From contig OY843592.1 of NCBI GenBank assembly GCA_963692865.2, positions 3,264,001 to 3,328,000 on the forward strand: a stretch of 64,000 nt of DNA, given 5' to 3'. Source of the DNA: a bacterium (GTDB lineage: Bacteria > UBA8248). The notes under the pieces are model-generated. The model did no database searches and was not told the origin of the DNA. It was given only the letters and a program-made list of their open reading frames with translations. The position numbers and the translations under genes are program-made. Positions 40,088-49,509 of this stretch are shown here, in pieces. The first letter of the stretch is position 1; each line of letters starts with the position of its first letter.

Positions 40088-40401
40088 TGGCCACGCTCGG
40101 CGAACTCGCAAAACTCATCCGCTCGAAAAACGCAGGGCCGTTCAACCTCACGTTCGACGTCATGTTCGATGAGGAGGAAACCTACCGGCGCGTGGTGGAG
40201 GCGAACGTCCTCACAAAGGAGGTGTTCTGCCGCCTCTACAATCTGGCGGAGGAAAATGTGCTGCTCGTCCACCACGACGCCGCGCGCGCGATCAAGATAT
40301 CCATCCCCCGTCCCGTGTTCTCCTGCGACCTCGAAGACGGCGACTGCTACGGCGGCCAGCAGTTCGGCCCCCTCGTCGGCATAGAAGTCCCGGATATATA
40401 A
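40087..40401 (+). CDS. DUF4387 family protein
   Basis: IRSKNAGPF.LTFD, D.YGGQQ; coupled to the AtuA-family gene. Confidence 0.85.
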   Translation: MATLGELAKLIRSKNAGPFNLTFDVMFDEEETYRRVVEANVLTKEVFCRLYNLAEENVLLVHHDAARAIKISIPRPVFSCDLEDGDCYGGQQFGPLVGIEVPDI

Positions 40402-40423
40402 GCGAAAACTGGAGAAGAGAAAA

Positions 40424-41032
40424 ATGGCGATTCAGACGAACGCAGACGAGATTCGGGCGCTTTTCCCCGAGTTGGAGCAAATCGAAGACTCAGCCTTGCG
40501 CGACGGCGTGATCGACATCTGGCTCGATTTGGCAGCGGAAACAACCTGGGAGCGCTTCGGGGACATTCCCAAGAACCTGAAGGACGAAAAACACATGACG
40601 CTCATCGGCCACGTACAGGGCGTGACGAGCATCGCGGTCGCCATGGCCGATCTCGTCAGGAAACTCCACGGCGTCGAGGTAGACCGCGACCTCCTCATCG
40701 CCTCGTGCGTTCTGCACGACATCTCGAAACCCCTGGAATCCGCGCCCAACCCCGGCGGCCCTCCCACGGGAAGCGATGTGCCGCCCGCGAAAATCACCGA
40801 GTTCGGCGCGAAAATACAGCACGGCGTCTACGGGGCGCACAAGATATGGGAGAAAGGACTGCCCAAGGCGCTCGAACTCGCCCACCTCGTCATCACCCAC
40901 ACGCGCGCGAGCAACACGCGCTCCAGGAGCTATGAGGCAGCGCTCCTTTTCTACGCCGACTGGGTGGATTCGGACGCGGGCATCGTCCTCGGCGGAGGAA
41001 CGCCCCTCGCCTCGAAATGGGTGGCGGAGTAG
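40424..41032 (+). CDS. HD-domain protein
   Basis: H...LHDISK...HG...H...AD. Confidence 0.8.
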   Translation: MAIQTNADEIRALFPELEQIEDSALRDGVIDIWLDLAAETTWERFGDIPKNLKDEKHMTLIGHVQGVTSIAVAMADLVRKLHGVEVDRDLLIASCVLHDISKPLESAPNPGGPPTGSDVPPAKITEFGAKIQHGVYGAHKIWEKGLPKALELAHLVITHTRASNTRSRSYEAALLFYADWVDSDAGIVLGGGTPLASKWVAE

Positions 41033-41065
41033 AAGCGATCGCGGGGGCGTCTCGCGATATCTTCT

Positions 41066-41968
41066 TCACTCCCCCCACGCGATTGCGAACGCGCCGATTA
41101 CGGACAGGACGCCTCCCATCACGATGCGGATCGTGACGCTCTCCTGTTTTTTCAAGAACAGCCACGAGAAGACGATGACCCACAAGACCGAGAGGCGGTT
41201 GATGGGTATCACCTGCACCACCTCCCCCTCCCGGAACGCCGTCCAGAAGCAAAGGGCGGCCGTCGTATTCGCAACGACCCCGCAGGCGATCGTCACCAGT
41301 CCCCTCGAATTCCAGTTCTTCCCGCCTCCTTCTTCTTTCGTGAACGGCATGGCCAGAAGGAGCAGGACCGTCGCCGTGATGGTGGAAATCGCAATCCCCA
41401 AAGATTCGGACGGTATGAGGAGGAGAGCGTATTTTCTGAAGACGAACGTGAGGGAAAACAGGAAAGAGGCGATGACCGGCACGAGGAAGTAAAGGAGTGA
41501 AACATCCTTCTCACCAGACTCTTTTTTGCCGGATTCTCGTTTGTAGACCAGGAGAACGGCCCCGACCATGATGGCCAGCGTGCCGACGGCCACGCCCGAC
41601 GAGAACCGTTCGCCCAGGATGAACACGCCCATGAGCGCCGACCAGACCAGTACCGACTGCACCATGATCTGCGTCCGCGCCAGGCCGATCAGGCGCATCG
41701 ACCAGAAAATCATGTACCGACCGATAGAACTCCCGAACAGACCGATGAGCATGTACCACATGACGCCCTCCAGGGGCCATGAAATGCTCTCGTCCCAGGC
41801 GAGGTAGAGCAAACTCGCCAGCGCCGCGGTGAGAACGTTCATTGCGATGGCCGCAATCCCCGGTCCGATATGGACCAATGCCTTTCGATAGAATACCTGG
41901 GAGATGGCGACGAAAAACGCCGCGATGAACGACAGGAGGTTCGGGTCCAGGGATTTGAGCAAAATCAC
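41066..41968 (-). CDS. DMT/EamA-family transporter
   Basis: About ten hydrophobic segments in two repeats; ILGER, FLKKQE. Confidence 0.82.
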   Translation of the reverse strand: MILLKSLDPNLLSFIAAFFVAISQVFYRKALVHIGPGIAAIAMNVLTAALASLLYLAWDESISWPLEGVMWYMLIGLFGSSIGRYMIFWSMRLIGLARTQIMVQSVLVWSALMGVFILGERFSSGVAVGTLAIMVGAVLLVYKRESGKKESGEKDVSLLYFLVPVIASFLFSLTFVFRKYALLLIPSESLGIAISTITATVLLLLAMPFTKEEGGGKNWNSRGLVTIACGVVANTTAALCFWTAFREGEVVQVIPINRLSVLWVIVFSWLFLKKQESVTIRIVMGGVLSVIGAFAIAWGE

Positions 41969-42190
41969 CCCACAAAAGTACAGTGCGGCCGGCGCTTCCA
42001 GACTACACGGCCGCAGAAGCGGGCATCAGATACGCACTCCGCTCGCGCCGGTCTCGAAAACCGGAGAATCATCCACGACTCGTTCCGATGGGCCTCGCAT
42101 ACGGACGGAAAAGACTCATCCGGCGGAAAGGGCATGATGATCGGAACGGCTCGTGAAAAAGCCGCGCGGGGGAAATCTCTCGCCCTCGGC

Positions 42191-44086
42191 CTAAGCGGGA
42201 GGATAGCCAAGCCCGGCGAGCGCTTCGGTGATCTCGGGCAGGATGGCCGGATCGTCGATGGTGGCCGGCGTCTTGTATTCCTCGCCATCGGCGATGCTCG
42301 CCATCGTACCGCGCAGAATCTTGCCCGAGCGCGTCTTGGGCAGGCGATTCACAACCGTCGCCTGGCGGAAGGAGGCGACCGCGCCGATCTGCCGGCGAAC
42401 GAGTTGCACCACCTCGCCGACGATTTCTTCGTCGTTTCTATCGACGCCCGCCTTGAGAACCAGGAAGCCGAGGGGGAGTTGACCCTTGAGTTGATCCTTC
42501 ACGCCGATGACGGCGCACTCGGCCACGTCGGGATGGGCCGATAAAACCTCCTCCATCCCGCCCGTGGAGAGCCTGTGGCCCGCCACGTTGATGATGTCGT
42601 CTGTCCTCGACATCACGTAGACGTAGCCCTCCTCGTCCATGTATCCGGCGTCGCCCGTCTTGTAGAAGCCCGGGTATTCACTCAGGTAGGAGTCGATGAA
42701 GCGATCGTCCGCGTTCCAAAGCGTGGGCAGACACCCGGGCGGCAGGGGCAGACTGACGCACAGCGCGCCCATTTCTCCCGCGCCCACTTCGCGGCATTCG
42801 GGGTCCAAAACCTTGAAATCATAGCCGGGCACCGCCTTTGAGGGAGAACCGTACTTGACGGGCATGTGCTCGATGCCCATGGGATTCGCGAGCATCGGCC
42901 AGCCGGTCTCCGTCTGCCAGTAGTGGTCGATGACGGGAACCTTCAGGTGCTCCTCGGCCCACTGGATCGTGTCCGGGTCCGATCGCTCACCGGCCAGGAA
43001 AAGAATGCGGAAACGGCTGAGGTCGTAATTTTTCATGAGTTCGGCGTCGGGATCGTCCCGTTTGATCGCGCGGAACGCCGTGGGCGCGGTGAAGAAAACT
43101 TCCACGCCGTGCTCGGAGATGATGCGCCAGAAAACGCCCGCGTCGGGCGTGCCCACGGGCTTGCCCTCGAAGAGGATGGTGGTGCAGCCGTGAAGCAGCG
43201 GCGCGTACACGATATAGGAATGCCCCACCACCCAGCCGACGTCGGACGCGGCCCAGAACACTTGGCCCGGCGACACGTCGTACACGTTTTGCATCGACCA
43301 CTTGAGCGCCACCATGTGGCCTCCGTTGTCCCGCACCACGCCCTTGGGCTGGCCCGTCGTGCCCGAGGTATAGAGGACGTAGAGAGGGTCCGTAGCGGCT
43401 ACGGGCACGCAGTCCGCCGGGGCTGCGCCTTCGAGCGAATCGCTCCACTCGACGTCGCGGCCCTCGATGAGTTCCGCCTCGACCTGGGAGCGCTGCAAGA
43501 CAATGCATTTTTCCGGTTTCGTGGTGGATAAATTGATCGCCTCATCGAGCAGGGGCTTGTAGGCGATGACGCCCGAGGGTTCGACCCCGCACGAGGCGGA
43601 GATCATGAGTTTTGGTTTCGCGTCCTCGATGCGCGTGGCCAGTTCGTTGGGCGCGAAGCCCCCGAAAACGACCGAATGCACGGCGCCGATGCGCGCGCAG
43701 GCCAGCATGGCGACCGCGGCTTCGGGCACCATCGGCATGTAGATAATGACGCGATCACCCTTCTCCACACCCTGGGCCTTGAGGGCGCCCGCGAAATGCG
43801 CCACCTTGTGCTGCAATTCCCTGTAGGTGATCTTCCGGGTGGGCTCGCCCGTGATGGGCGTATCGTATATCAGGGCGAATTGATCCCCGCGGCCCTCCTC
43901 GACGTGCCTGTCGACCGCGTTGTAGCAGGTGTTGACCTCCCCCCCCGTGAACCAACGGTAGAAGGGAGGGTTCGAGTCGTGAAGCACCTTGTCCCACTTC
44001 TTGTACCAGTGGATATCTTGCGCCGCCTCCGCCCAGAAGGCTTCTCCATCCGAGAGAGAGCGCCCGTAAACTTCCGCATAGCCCAT
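42191..44086 (-). CDS. prpE: Propionyl-CoA synthetase (AMP-forming)
   Basis: YTSGTTGQPKGVVRDNGGH, DHYWQTETG, TGD, GHRLSTG, PKTRSGKILR. Confidence 0.9.
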   Translation of the reverse strand: MGYAEVYGRSLSDGEAFWAEAAQDIHWYKKWDKVLHDSNPPFYRWFTGGEVNTCYNAVDRHVEEGRGDQFALIYDTPITGEPTRKITYRELQHKVAHFAGALKAQGVEKGDRVIIYMPMVPEAAVAMLACARIGAVHSVVFGGFAPNELATRIEDAKPKLMISASCGVEPSGVIAYKPLLDEAINLSTTKPEKCIVLQRSQVEAELIEGRDVEWSDSLEGAAPADCVPVAATDPLYVLYTSGTTGQPKGVVRDNGGHMVALKWSMQNVYDVSPGQVFWAASDVGWVVGHSYIVYAPLLHGCTTILFEGKPVGTPDAGVFWRIISEHGVEVFFTAPTAFRAIKRDDPDAELMKNYDLSRFRILFLAGERSDPDTIQWAEEHLKVPVIDHYWQTETGWPMLANPMGIEHMPVKYGSPSKAVPGYDFKVLDPECREVGAGEMGALCVSLPLPPGCLPTLWNADDRFIDSYLSEYPGFYKTGDAGYMDEEGYVYVMSRTDDIINVAGHRLSTGGMEEVLSAHPDVAECAVIGVKDQLKGQLPLGFLVLKAGVDRNDEEIVGEVVQLVRRQIGAVASFRQATVVNRLPKTRSGKILRGTMASIADGEEYKTPATIDDPAILPEITEALAGLGYPPA

Positions 44087-44238
44087 CCTTTTTCCTCCAA
44101 GCCGAAAACCCTTCGTTTTTCAGTCATATCATCGTATTTTTCTGTCATCCTTAAAAACGCATCATATCAAATTCCGCTTCTCTTTGCGCGGCCAGGATGC
44201 TAGGCTCGCTTTTCTCCTTCATAAGCACGGGATTCACC

Positions 44239-45498
44239 ATGGGCATGACCCTGACGGAAAAAATCATGGCCAGAGCCTCCGGCAGGGACGAGTTGCGGGC
44301 CGGGGAGATCGTCTACCCGGAGGCCGATCTGGCGACGATTCACGACCTCTACGTCGTGGAAGCCGACCGCCAACTCGCCGAACTCGGCGTGGAGCGCCCC
44401 TGGGACCCGGAGCGGGTGTTCGTATGCTTCGATCACGACACGATTCCCCAGACCGTCGCGGTCGCGAATCGCGCCAAGCAGATAAGGGAGATCGTGAAAC
44501 GCTGGGGCGTCAAGCACTTTTTCGGTCCCGGCCGCGGGCAGGGTCACGTGTTCCCGATGGAAATCGGCCTTATCAAACCCGGCGCATGCGTCCTCGCCTA
44601 TGACATTCACGTCACGAACTACGGCGCGGTGGGTTGTCTCGGCTTGGCGCTCGTCTTCGAGTTCCCCGCCGTGCTCGCCATGGGGAGTCACTGGCTCAAG
44701 GCGCCGGAGACGATACGAATCGATATAAGCGGAAAACTCCAGCCGGGTGTGGGAATCCGCGACGCCGCCGCGCGCATCATTCACGAGATCGGCCCCGACG
44801 CCGCCGATTACCGCGTCTTTGAATACACCGGAGGGGCCCTCACCCATCTGGGGGTCGATGCGCGGGTGAAACTCTGCAACCTGCCGATAGAGATCGGGGC
44901 GAAAAGCGCCATCGTTCCAGCCGATGAGGTCGTGGCCGAATGGATGCGCGAGAGAAACATCGAGGGATTCGAGGCGATGCAGAGCGACCTTGACGCCGTA
45001 TTCGCGGAAACATACGGGTTCGACCTCTCCGAAATGGAACCCACCGTAGCGCTTCCTCCGAGACCCGAGAACGTGGCCCCGCTTGGTGAGGCCCTGGGCG
45101 TCCCGATCCACGCGGCGTATCTGGGTTCATGCGCGGCGGATCAGTATGAGGACATGGCCGAAGCAGCCGGGATTCTGCGCGGGAAAAGGCTGGCGCCGGG
45201 CGTGCGGATGATCGTGACGCCCGGCAGTCGGGAGGTGCTCGCCCGCTGCGTCGAGGATGGATTGATGGACGTTTTCTGCGAAGCGGGCGCCATGGTGGGC
45301 CCGCCCGGGTGCGGCCCCTGCGCCATCGGCAGGGGAGGCCCCCTGGCGGACGGGGAAACCTGCATCGCCACGGTGACGCGAAACGACGTGGGGAGGATGG
45401 GGAGCCGGAAAGCCCGAATCTATCTCGCGAGTGCGGCTACGGTGGCGGCTTCCGCCGTGAGGGGCGAGATAGCAGACCCCAGGGAATTTCTGGCTTGA
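44239..45498 (+). CDS. Aconitase-family large subunit (LeuC/HacA-like, divergent)
   Basis: MTLTEKI, FDH, GSC and PGCGPC Fe-S ligands, GRMG. Confidence 0.88.
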   Translation: MGMTLTEKIMARASGRDELRAGEIVYPEADLATIHDLYVVEADRQLAELGVERPWDPERVFVCFDHDTIPQTVAVANRAKQIREIVKRWGVKHFFGPGRGQGHVFPMEIGLIKPGACVLAYDIHVTNYGAVGCLGLALVFEFPAVLAMGSHWLKAPETIRIDISGKLQPGVGIRDAAARIIHEIGPDAADYRVFEYTGGALTHLGVDARVKLCNLPIEIGAKSAIVPADEVVAEWMRERNIEGFEAMQSDLDAVFAETYGFDLSEMEPTVALPPRPENVAPLGEALGVPIHAAYLGSCAADQYEDMAEAAGILRGKRLAPGVRMIVTPGSREVLARCVEDGLMDVFCEAGAMVGPPGCGPCAIGRGGPLADGETCIATVTRNDVGRMGSRKARIYLASAATVAASAVRGEIADPREFLA

Positions 45499-45508
45499 GG
45501 AACTCACC

Positions 45509-46036
45509 TTGAACTGGACGATGCAGGGGCGCTGCTGGAAATTCGGAGACAACCTCTCTCTCGACGACGACATTCTCGAATTCGCAAAGGTCTTCGTGGG
45601 GGGCGTGCGCGTATCGGACCCCGAATACCTGAAACAACACGTCTTCACGAATCTTATCCCCGATTTTCCCGAGCGCGCGGAACCGGGCGACATCGTGGTG
45701 GCGGGAAAGCGGTTTGGACAGGGGAATCCCCACATATACGGCCTGCTGGGCATGGCGGGCTTAGGGCTGGGCCTCATCGCGGAGAGCGTTCCCCATTTCA
45801 CCTACCGGATGATCGTGGCGGCGGGGCTGCCCGCGCTTCCTTTCTTCACCGGTATCGGGGCGCATGTGGAAGATGGAGACGAGTTGCGCGTCGATTTCGA
45901 ATCCGGAGAGGTCGAGAACCTGAGTCGTGGCGTGCACTGGAAGTCGGAGCCTCTGCCCGATGCGCTGAGAGAGATCATCGAAACTGGCGGATTTCTCCCT
46001 GCCCTCAAAAAACGCCTCAATGCCTCTCTTTCATAA
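45509..46036 (+). CDS. Aconitase-family small swivel subunit (LeuD-like, divergent)
   Basis: GRCWKFGDN, GDIVVAGKRFG, IIETGG. Confidence 0.85.
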   Translation: MNWTMQGRCWKFGDNLSLDDDILEFAKVFVGGVRVSDPEYLKQHVFTNLIPDFPERAEPGDIVVAGKRFGQGNPHIYGLLGMAGLGLGLIAESVPHFTYRMIVAAGLPALPFFTGIGAHVEDGDELRVDFESGEVENLSRGVHWKSEPLPDALREIIETGGFLPALKKRLNASLS

Positions 46037-46132
46037 GGCGAGCAACTTAAAGAGCCTCCTGCAAATATCCCCTTACGCGACTCTGCTTCTCGGATGGGTT
46101 TTTGAGATTTTTCCCCCAGTCCAAAAATTTTT

Positions 46133-46141
46133 TGCTATAAT
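46133..46141 (+). promoter_or_regulatory. Extended -10 promoter upstream of the Rieske gene
   Basis: TG-C-TATAAT in an AT-rich context 54 nt before the ATG. Confidence 0.55.
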
Positions 46142-46194
46142 TTTTGACGTGACGTTTCGCTTCAGCGCATGACTTTTCGCAGTGGGGGCAGGCG

Positions 46195-46650
46195 ATGGCG
46201 TCATCGGAAACAGAACCAGGACTTGAACGGCGAGGCTTCATCGCCACGCTGTGCATGGCCGGCGGCGTCATCGTAAGCTACGGCACGGCGGCCGTCTACG
46301 GACTGCGCTATCTCTTCGGGAGGCAGCTTCCCCCCCGCATGACGCAGGTGCTCGTCGGCTCTCTCAACGACATCCCCGACGGCGGCAGCATCCTCAGCCA
46401 GGATTTGAGCGGCAGGAAATTCCTGCTCGTGCGCGCGAATGATTCGGTGCGCGCGTTTTCGACCGCGTGCACGCACCTGGGATGCCAGGTGTATTGGCAG
46501 GGAGACAAAAAGGTTTTCTTTTGCCCTTGCCACAACGGTTTCTTCGACGCGGACGGAAAACCCACCGCGGGTCCCCCGCCGACTCCTCTCGCCCGGTACC
46601 CCGTGGAGGTGCGCGGGGCGAGCGTTTTCGTCACCATGCCCGAGGCCTGA
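46195..46650 (+). CDS. Rieske 2Fe-2S subunit of a Rieske/cytochrome b complex
   Basis: ERRGFI Tat-like anchor; CTHLGC and CPCHNG boxes; GPP.PL. Confidence 0.93.
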   Translation: MASSETEPGLERRGFIATLCMAGGVIVSYGTAAVYGLRYLFGRQLPPRMTQVLVGSLNDIPDGGSILSQDLSGRKFLLVRANDSVRAFSTACTHLGCQVYWQGDKKVFFCPCHNGFFDADGKPTAGPPPTPLARYPVEVRGASVFVTMPEA

Positions 46651-46653
46651 GCC

Positions 46654-47709
46654 ATGAACAGCCGCTTGCCGCATTGGGTGGAAGAACGGATTCCCTTCGA
46701 TTGGGACCACCTCAGACACATCACGAGCGAACCCATACCGCGCCACCTGAAAAAATGGTGGTTCTGCGTGGGCGGCACGCCGCTGTACCTGTTCTTCATC
46801 CAGATCGTCACAGGGATAGCCCTCACCTTCTACTACGTTCCCGAGCCGGGAAAGGCGTATGAATCGGTGCGCCACATCACCGAGGCCGTGCCCTTCGGCT
46901 GGTGGATTCGCGGGATACACCGATGGTCGGCGGAACTGATGGTGGTGACCGTCATCCTCCACATGATGCGGGTGTTCTTCACGGGCGCATACCGCAAGCC
47001 ACGCGAGATCAACTGGCTCATCGGCATGGGCCTCCTCATCACCGTGTTCACCTTCGGGTTCACGGGCTATTCCCTGATTTACAACCAGCTTTCCTACTGG
47101 GCGGCCGTGGTGGGCACGAACATCGCCGCGGCGGTGCCCGGCGTAGGGCCCTATCTGGCGGGCTTCATTCGCGGAGGTCCAGTCATCAGCGCGAACACGC
47201 TGACGCGCTTCTACGTGCTTCACATCGGAATCTTGCCGACCACCGCGTTCGCCCTGCTCGCCCTCCACATTTTCTTCATCCGCATCCACGGGGTGAGCGA
47301 GTTCATCGACCCCAAGGACGAGGAGGCGAAAAAAGACAGATTCTTCCCGTTTTTCCCGGACCATTTTCTGACCGAGGTGGCCCTGGGCGTTTTTCTCATC
47401 TTTCTGGTCAGCCAACTGGCCATCATCTTCCCCGCCCAGATGGGAGAGCCGGCGAACCCGGCGGTCACGCCCGAACACATCAAGCCGGAGTGGTATTTCT
47501 ACCCCGTTTTCCGCTGGCTGAAGCTGTTTTCCTTCGAGGCCGGCATCATCGGGGCGATTCTCGTCGTCATCCTCATGTTCGCCTGGCCGTGGGTGGACGC
47601 CGCCATCGAACGCCGCTGGCCCGGGCGTGACATCAGCGTGTACGCCGGCATCGTCGCCGTCGTAACGATGACGATTTTCCTCATCATCGAGGGTTTGTCG
47701 GGACACTAG
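46654..47709 (+). CDS. Cytochrome b (b6 plus subunit IV fused type)
   Basis: Heme His in IHRW...LHMMR and LH...LH; PEWY; WFCVGG. Confidence 0.94.
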   Translation: MNSRLPHWVEERIPFDWDHLRHITSEPIPRHLKKWWFCVGGTPLYLFFIQIVTGIALTFYYVPEPGKAYESVRHITEAVPFGWWIRGIHRWSAELMVVTVILHMMRVFFTGAYRKPREINWLIGMGLLITVFTFGFTGYSLIYNQLSYWAAVVGTNIAAAVPGVGPYLAGFIRGGPVISANTLTRFYVLHIGILPTTAFALLALHIFFIRIHGVSEFIDPKDEEAKKDRFFPFFPDHFLTEVALGVFLIFLVSQLAIIFPAQMGEPANPAVTPEHIKPEWYFYPVFRWLKLFSFEAGIIGAILVVILMFAWPWVDAAIERRWPGRDISVYAGIVAVVTMTIFLIIEGLSGH

Positions 47710-47736
47710 ATTCGAGACGCCGGAAGGGAGGGAGCC

Positions 47737-49077
47737 ATGCAGCTGCAAGCCAAGCAATGGATAGTCGCTATCTTGAGTCTGTTCTTTCTCGGCTCCCTGA
47801 TCACCGTCGGCCTCATCGAGAGCGAGCGCCTCGTGCCCGAACGGGAGAAAAAAGCCGTCGTCACGGCCAAAAACGAAGGGTGCGTGAACTGCCACACGGA
47901 GAAATCGCCGGGCATCGTCGCCCAGTGGAAAGACAGCCGCCACGCGCAAATCGGCGTGGGCTGCCTGGACTGCCACGAAGCCGAGAAGGGCGACAAGGAC
48001 GCCTGGCAGCACGAGGGGTCCCTGGTGGCCGTCATCGTATCGCCCAAGGATTGCGCGAAGTGCCACGTCCAGCAAGCGGAGGAGTTCACGGCCAGCCACC
48101 ACGCCAAGGCGGCGCAGTTCATCGGCAGCCTGGACAACTTCCTGGGCGTCGTCGTCGAGGGCGTGCCGGCGGCGGTGGGCGGATGCCAGAAATGCCACGG
48201 CTCCACCGTGAAGGTGCTCGCGAACGGGAGGCTCGACCCCGCCACCTGGCCCAACACGGGCATGGGGCGCATCAACCCCGACGGCAGCAACGGCGCTTGC
48301 TCGGCCTGCCATGCGCGCCACCAGTTCTCTCCCGCGCAGTCGCGGCGGCCCGAGAACTGCGGAAAATGCCACATGGGGCCGGATCACCCCCAAATCGAGA
48401 TATACGAGGAATCCAAGCACGGAATCGTCTTCCACGCGCGCGAGAAGGAGATGAACCTCGACAGCAAGAGCTGGGTGGTCGGCAAGGACTACACGGCGGC
48501 GCCCACCTGCGCGACCTGCCACATGAGCGCGGCGCCGAAGCTGCCGACCACGCACGACGTAGGCAAGCGCATCAGCTGGACGCTCAGGCCCGTCATCTCC
48601 AAGAAACTCGAGAACTGGGAGCAGAAACGCGACGACATGAAGAAGGTGTGCGTCGCCTGCCACGCGCCCTCGTTCGTGAACGCCTTCTACACGCAATACG
48701 ACAACGTTATCGACCTGTATAACGAGAAATTCGCGCATCCGGCGCAGAACATCATGAACGAGCTCAGAAAACAGAAGAAGCTCACCTCGGCGCCGTTTGA
48801 CGAGAAGATCGAGTGGACCTTCTTCGAGCTGTGGCACCACGAGGGCCGACGCGCGCGGATGGGCGCGTCCATGCAGGGGCCCGACTTCACGCAGTGGCAC
48901 GGGTTCTACGAAGTCGCCAAGCACTTTTATTTCAAGTTCTTACCCGAAGCCGAGGAGCTCCTCCCCGGCGTGAGCGAGCAATTCGTCACGGGCAGGCACC
49001 ACGCCTGGCGCAAGGGCATGAGCAAGGCGCAGATCCAGCAGATGCTCGACTTTTACGAAACGCGGTACGGGAAGTAA
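47737..49077 (+). CDS. Membrane-anchored octaheme hydroxylamine oxidoreductase-like cytochrome c
   Basis: Eight CxxCH (CVNCH, CLDCH, CAKCH, CQKCH, CSACH, CGKCH, CATCH, CVACH); CHMGPDHPQ.EIY.ESKHG. Confidence 0.9.
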   Translation: MQLQAKQWIVAILSLFFLGSLITVGLIESERLVPEREKKAVVTAKNEGCVNCHTEKSPGIVAQWKDSRHAQIGVGCLDCHEAEKGDKDAWQHEGSLVAVIVSPKDCAKCHVQQAEEFTASHHAKAAQFIGSLDNFLGVVVEGVPAAVGGCQKCHGSTVKVLANGRLDPATWPNTGMGRINPDGSNGACSACHARHQFSPAQSRRPENCGKCHMGPDHPQIEIYEESKHGIVFHAREKEMNLDSKSWVVGKDYTAAPTCATCHMSAAPKLPTTHDVGKRISWTLRPVISKKLENWEQKRDDMKKVCVACHAPSFVNAFYTQYDNVIDLYNEKFAHPAQNIMNELRKQKKLTSAPFDEKIEWTFFELWHHEGRRARMGASMQGPDFTQWHGFYEVAKHFYFKFLPEAEELLPGVSEQFVTGRHHAWRKGMSKAQIQQMLDFYETRYGK

Positions 49078-49509
49078 AAACAACGGGATAAGAACGATAA
49101 CCTCGTCTTTTTCTTTCCTGTTCGGGGCGCATTTGCCCGCATTTGCAATGCCCGCGAGGGGGCCGAGATACGCTATGGTGCGTCCGCGCGGGAAATCGTT
49201 ACGCGGCGGTTTTCCTTCCATTTATTTATCGAAAAACATCGTGAATTTATCTGAATTTATACATATTTATTCGATATTTATCGAATTATCCGGGAGCCTG
49301 AAGATTCCGCGCCGTTTCCACCTTCTCTCGAACCGCTCGAAACGGATGCTCCCCCGGCGCGCGGGCATCCGGCGAAACGCCACGGAACGACCCTTCCCGC
49401 CCCGGCTCCTTCCCTCTAAAAAAACTACCCTTGCCCGTTGCGCTATGCTAACTTGCTTTTCCGGGCAGCCGGTTGTATTCGAACATCCCGTTCAGGGAGG
49501 AATTAAGCC

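Noticed and set aside
44239-46036. leuC/leuD gene symbols
   Set aside because: Catalytic motifs are substituted and no other leu genes are adjacent.
46201-48924. 907-aa minus-strand ORF and many other long antisense or alternative-frame ORFs (e.g. 2337-4100, 7446-9035, 34984-36480)
   Set aside because: Shadows of high-GC coding genes on the opposite strand; no recognisable motifs.
47737-49077. Evidence for ammonia oxidation or anammox metabolism
   Set aside because: Cross-linking Tyr appears absent and no amo, cycAB or hzs genes are in the window.
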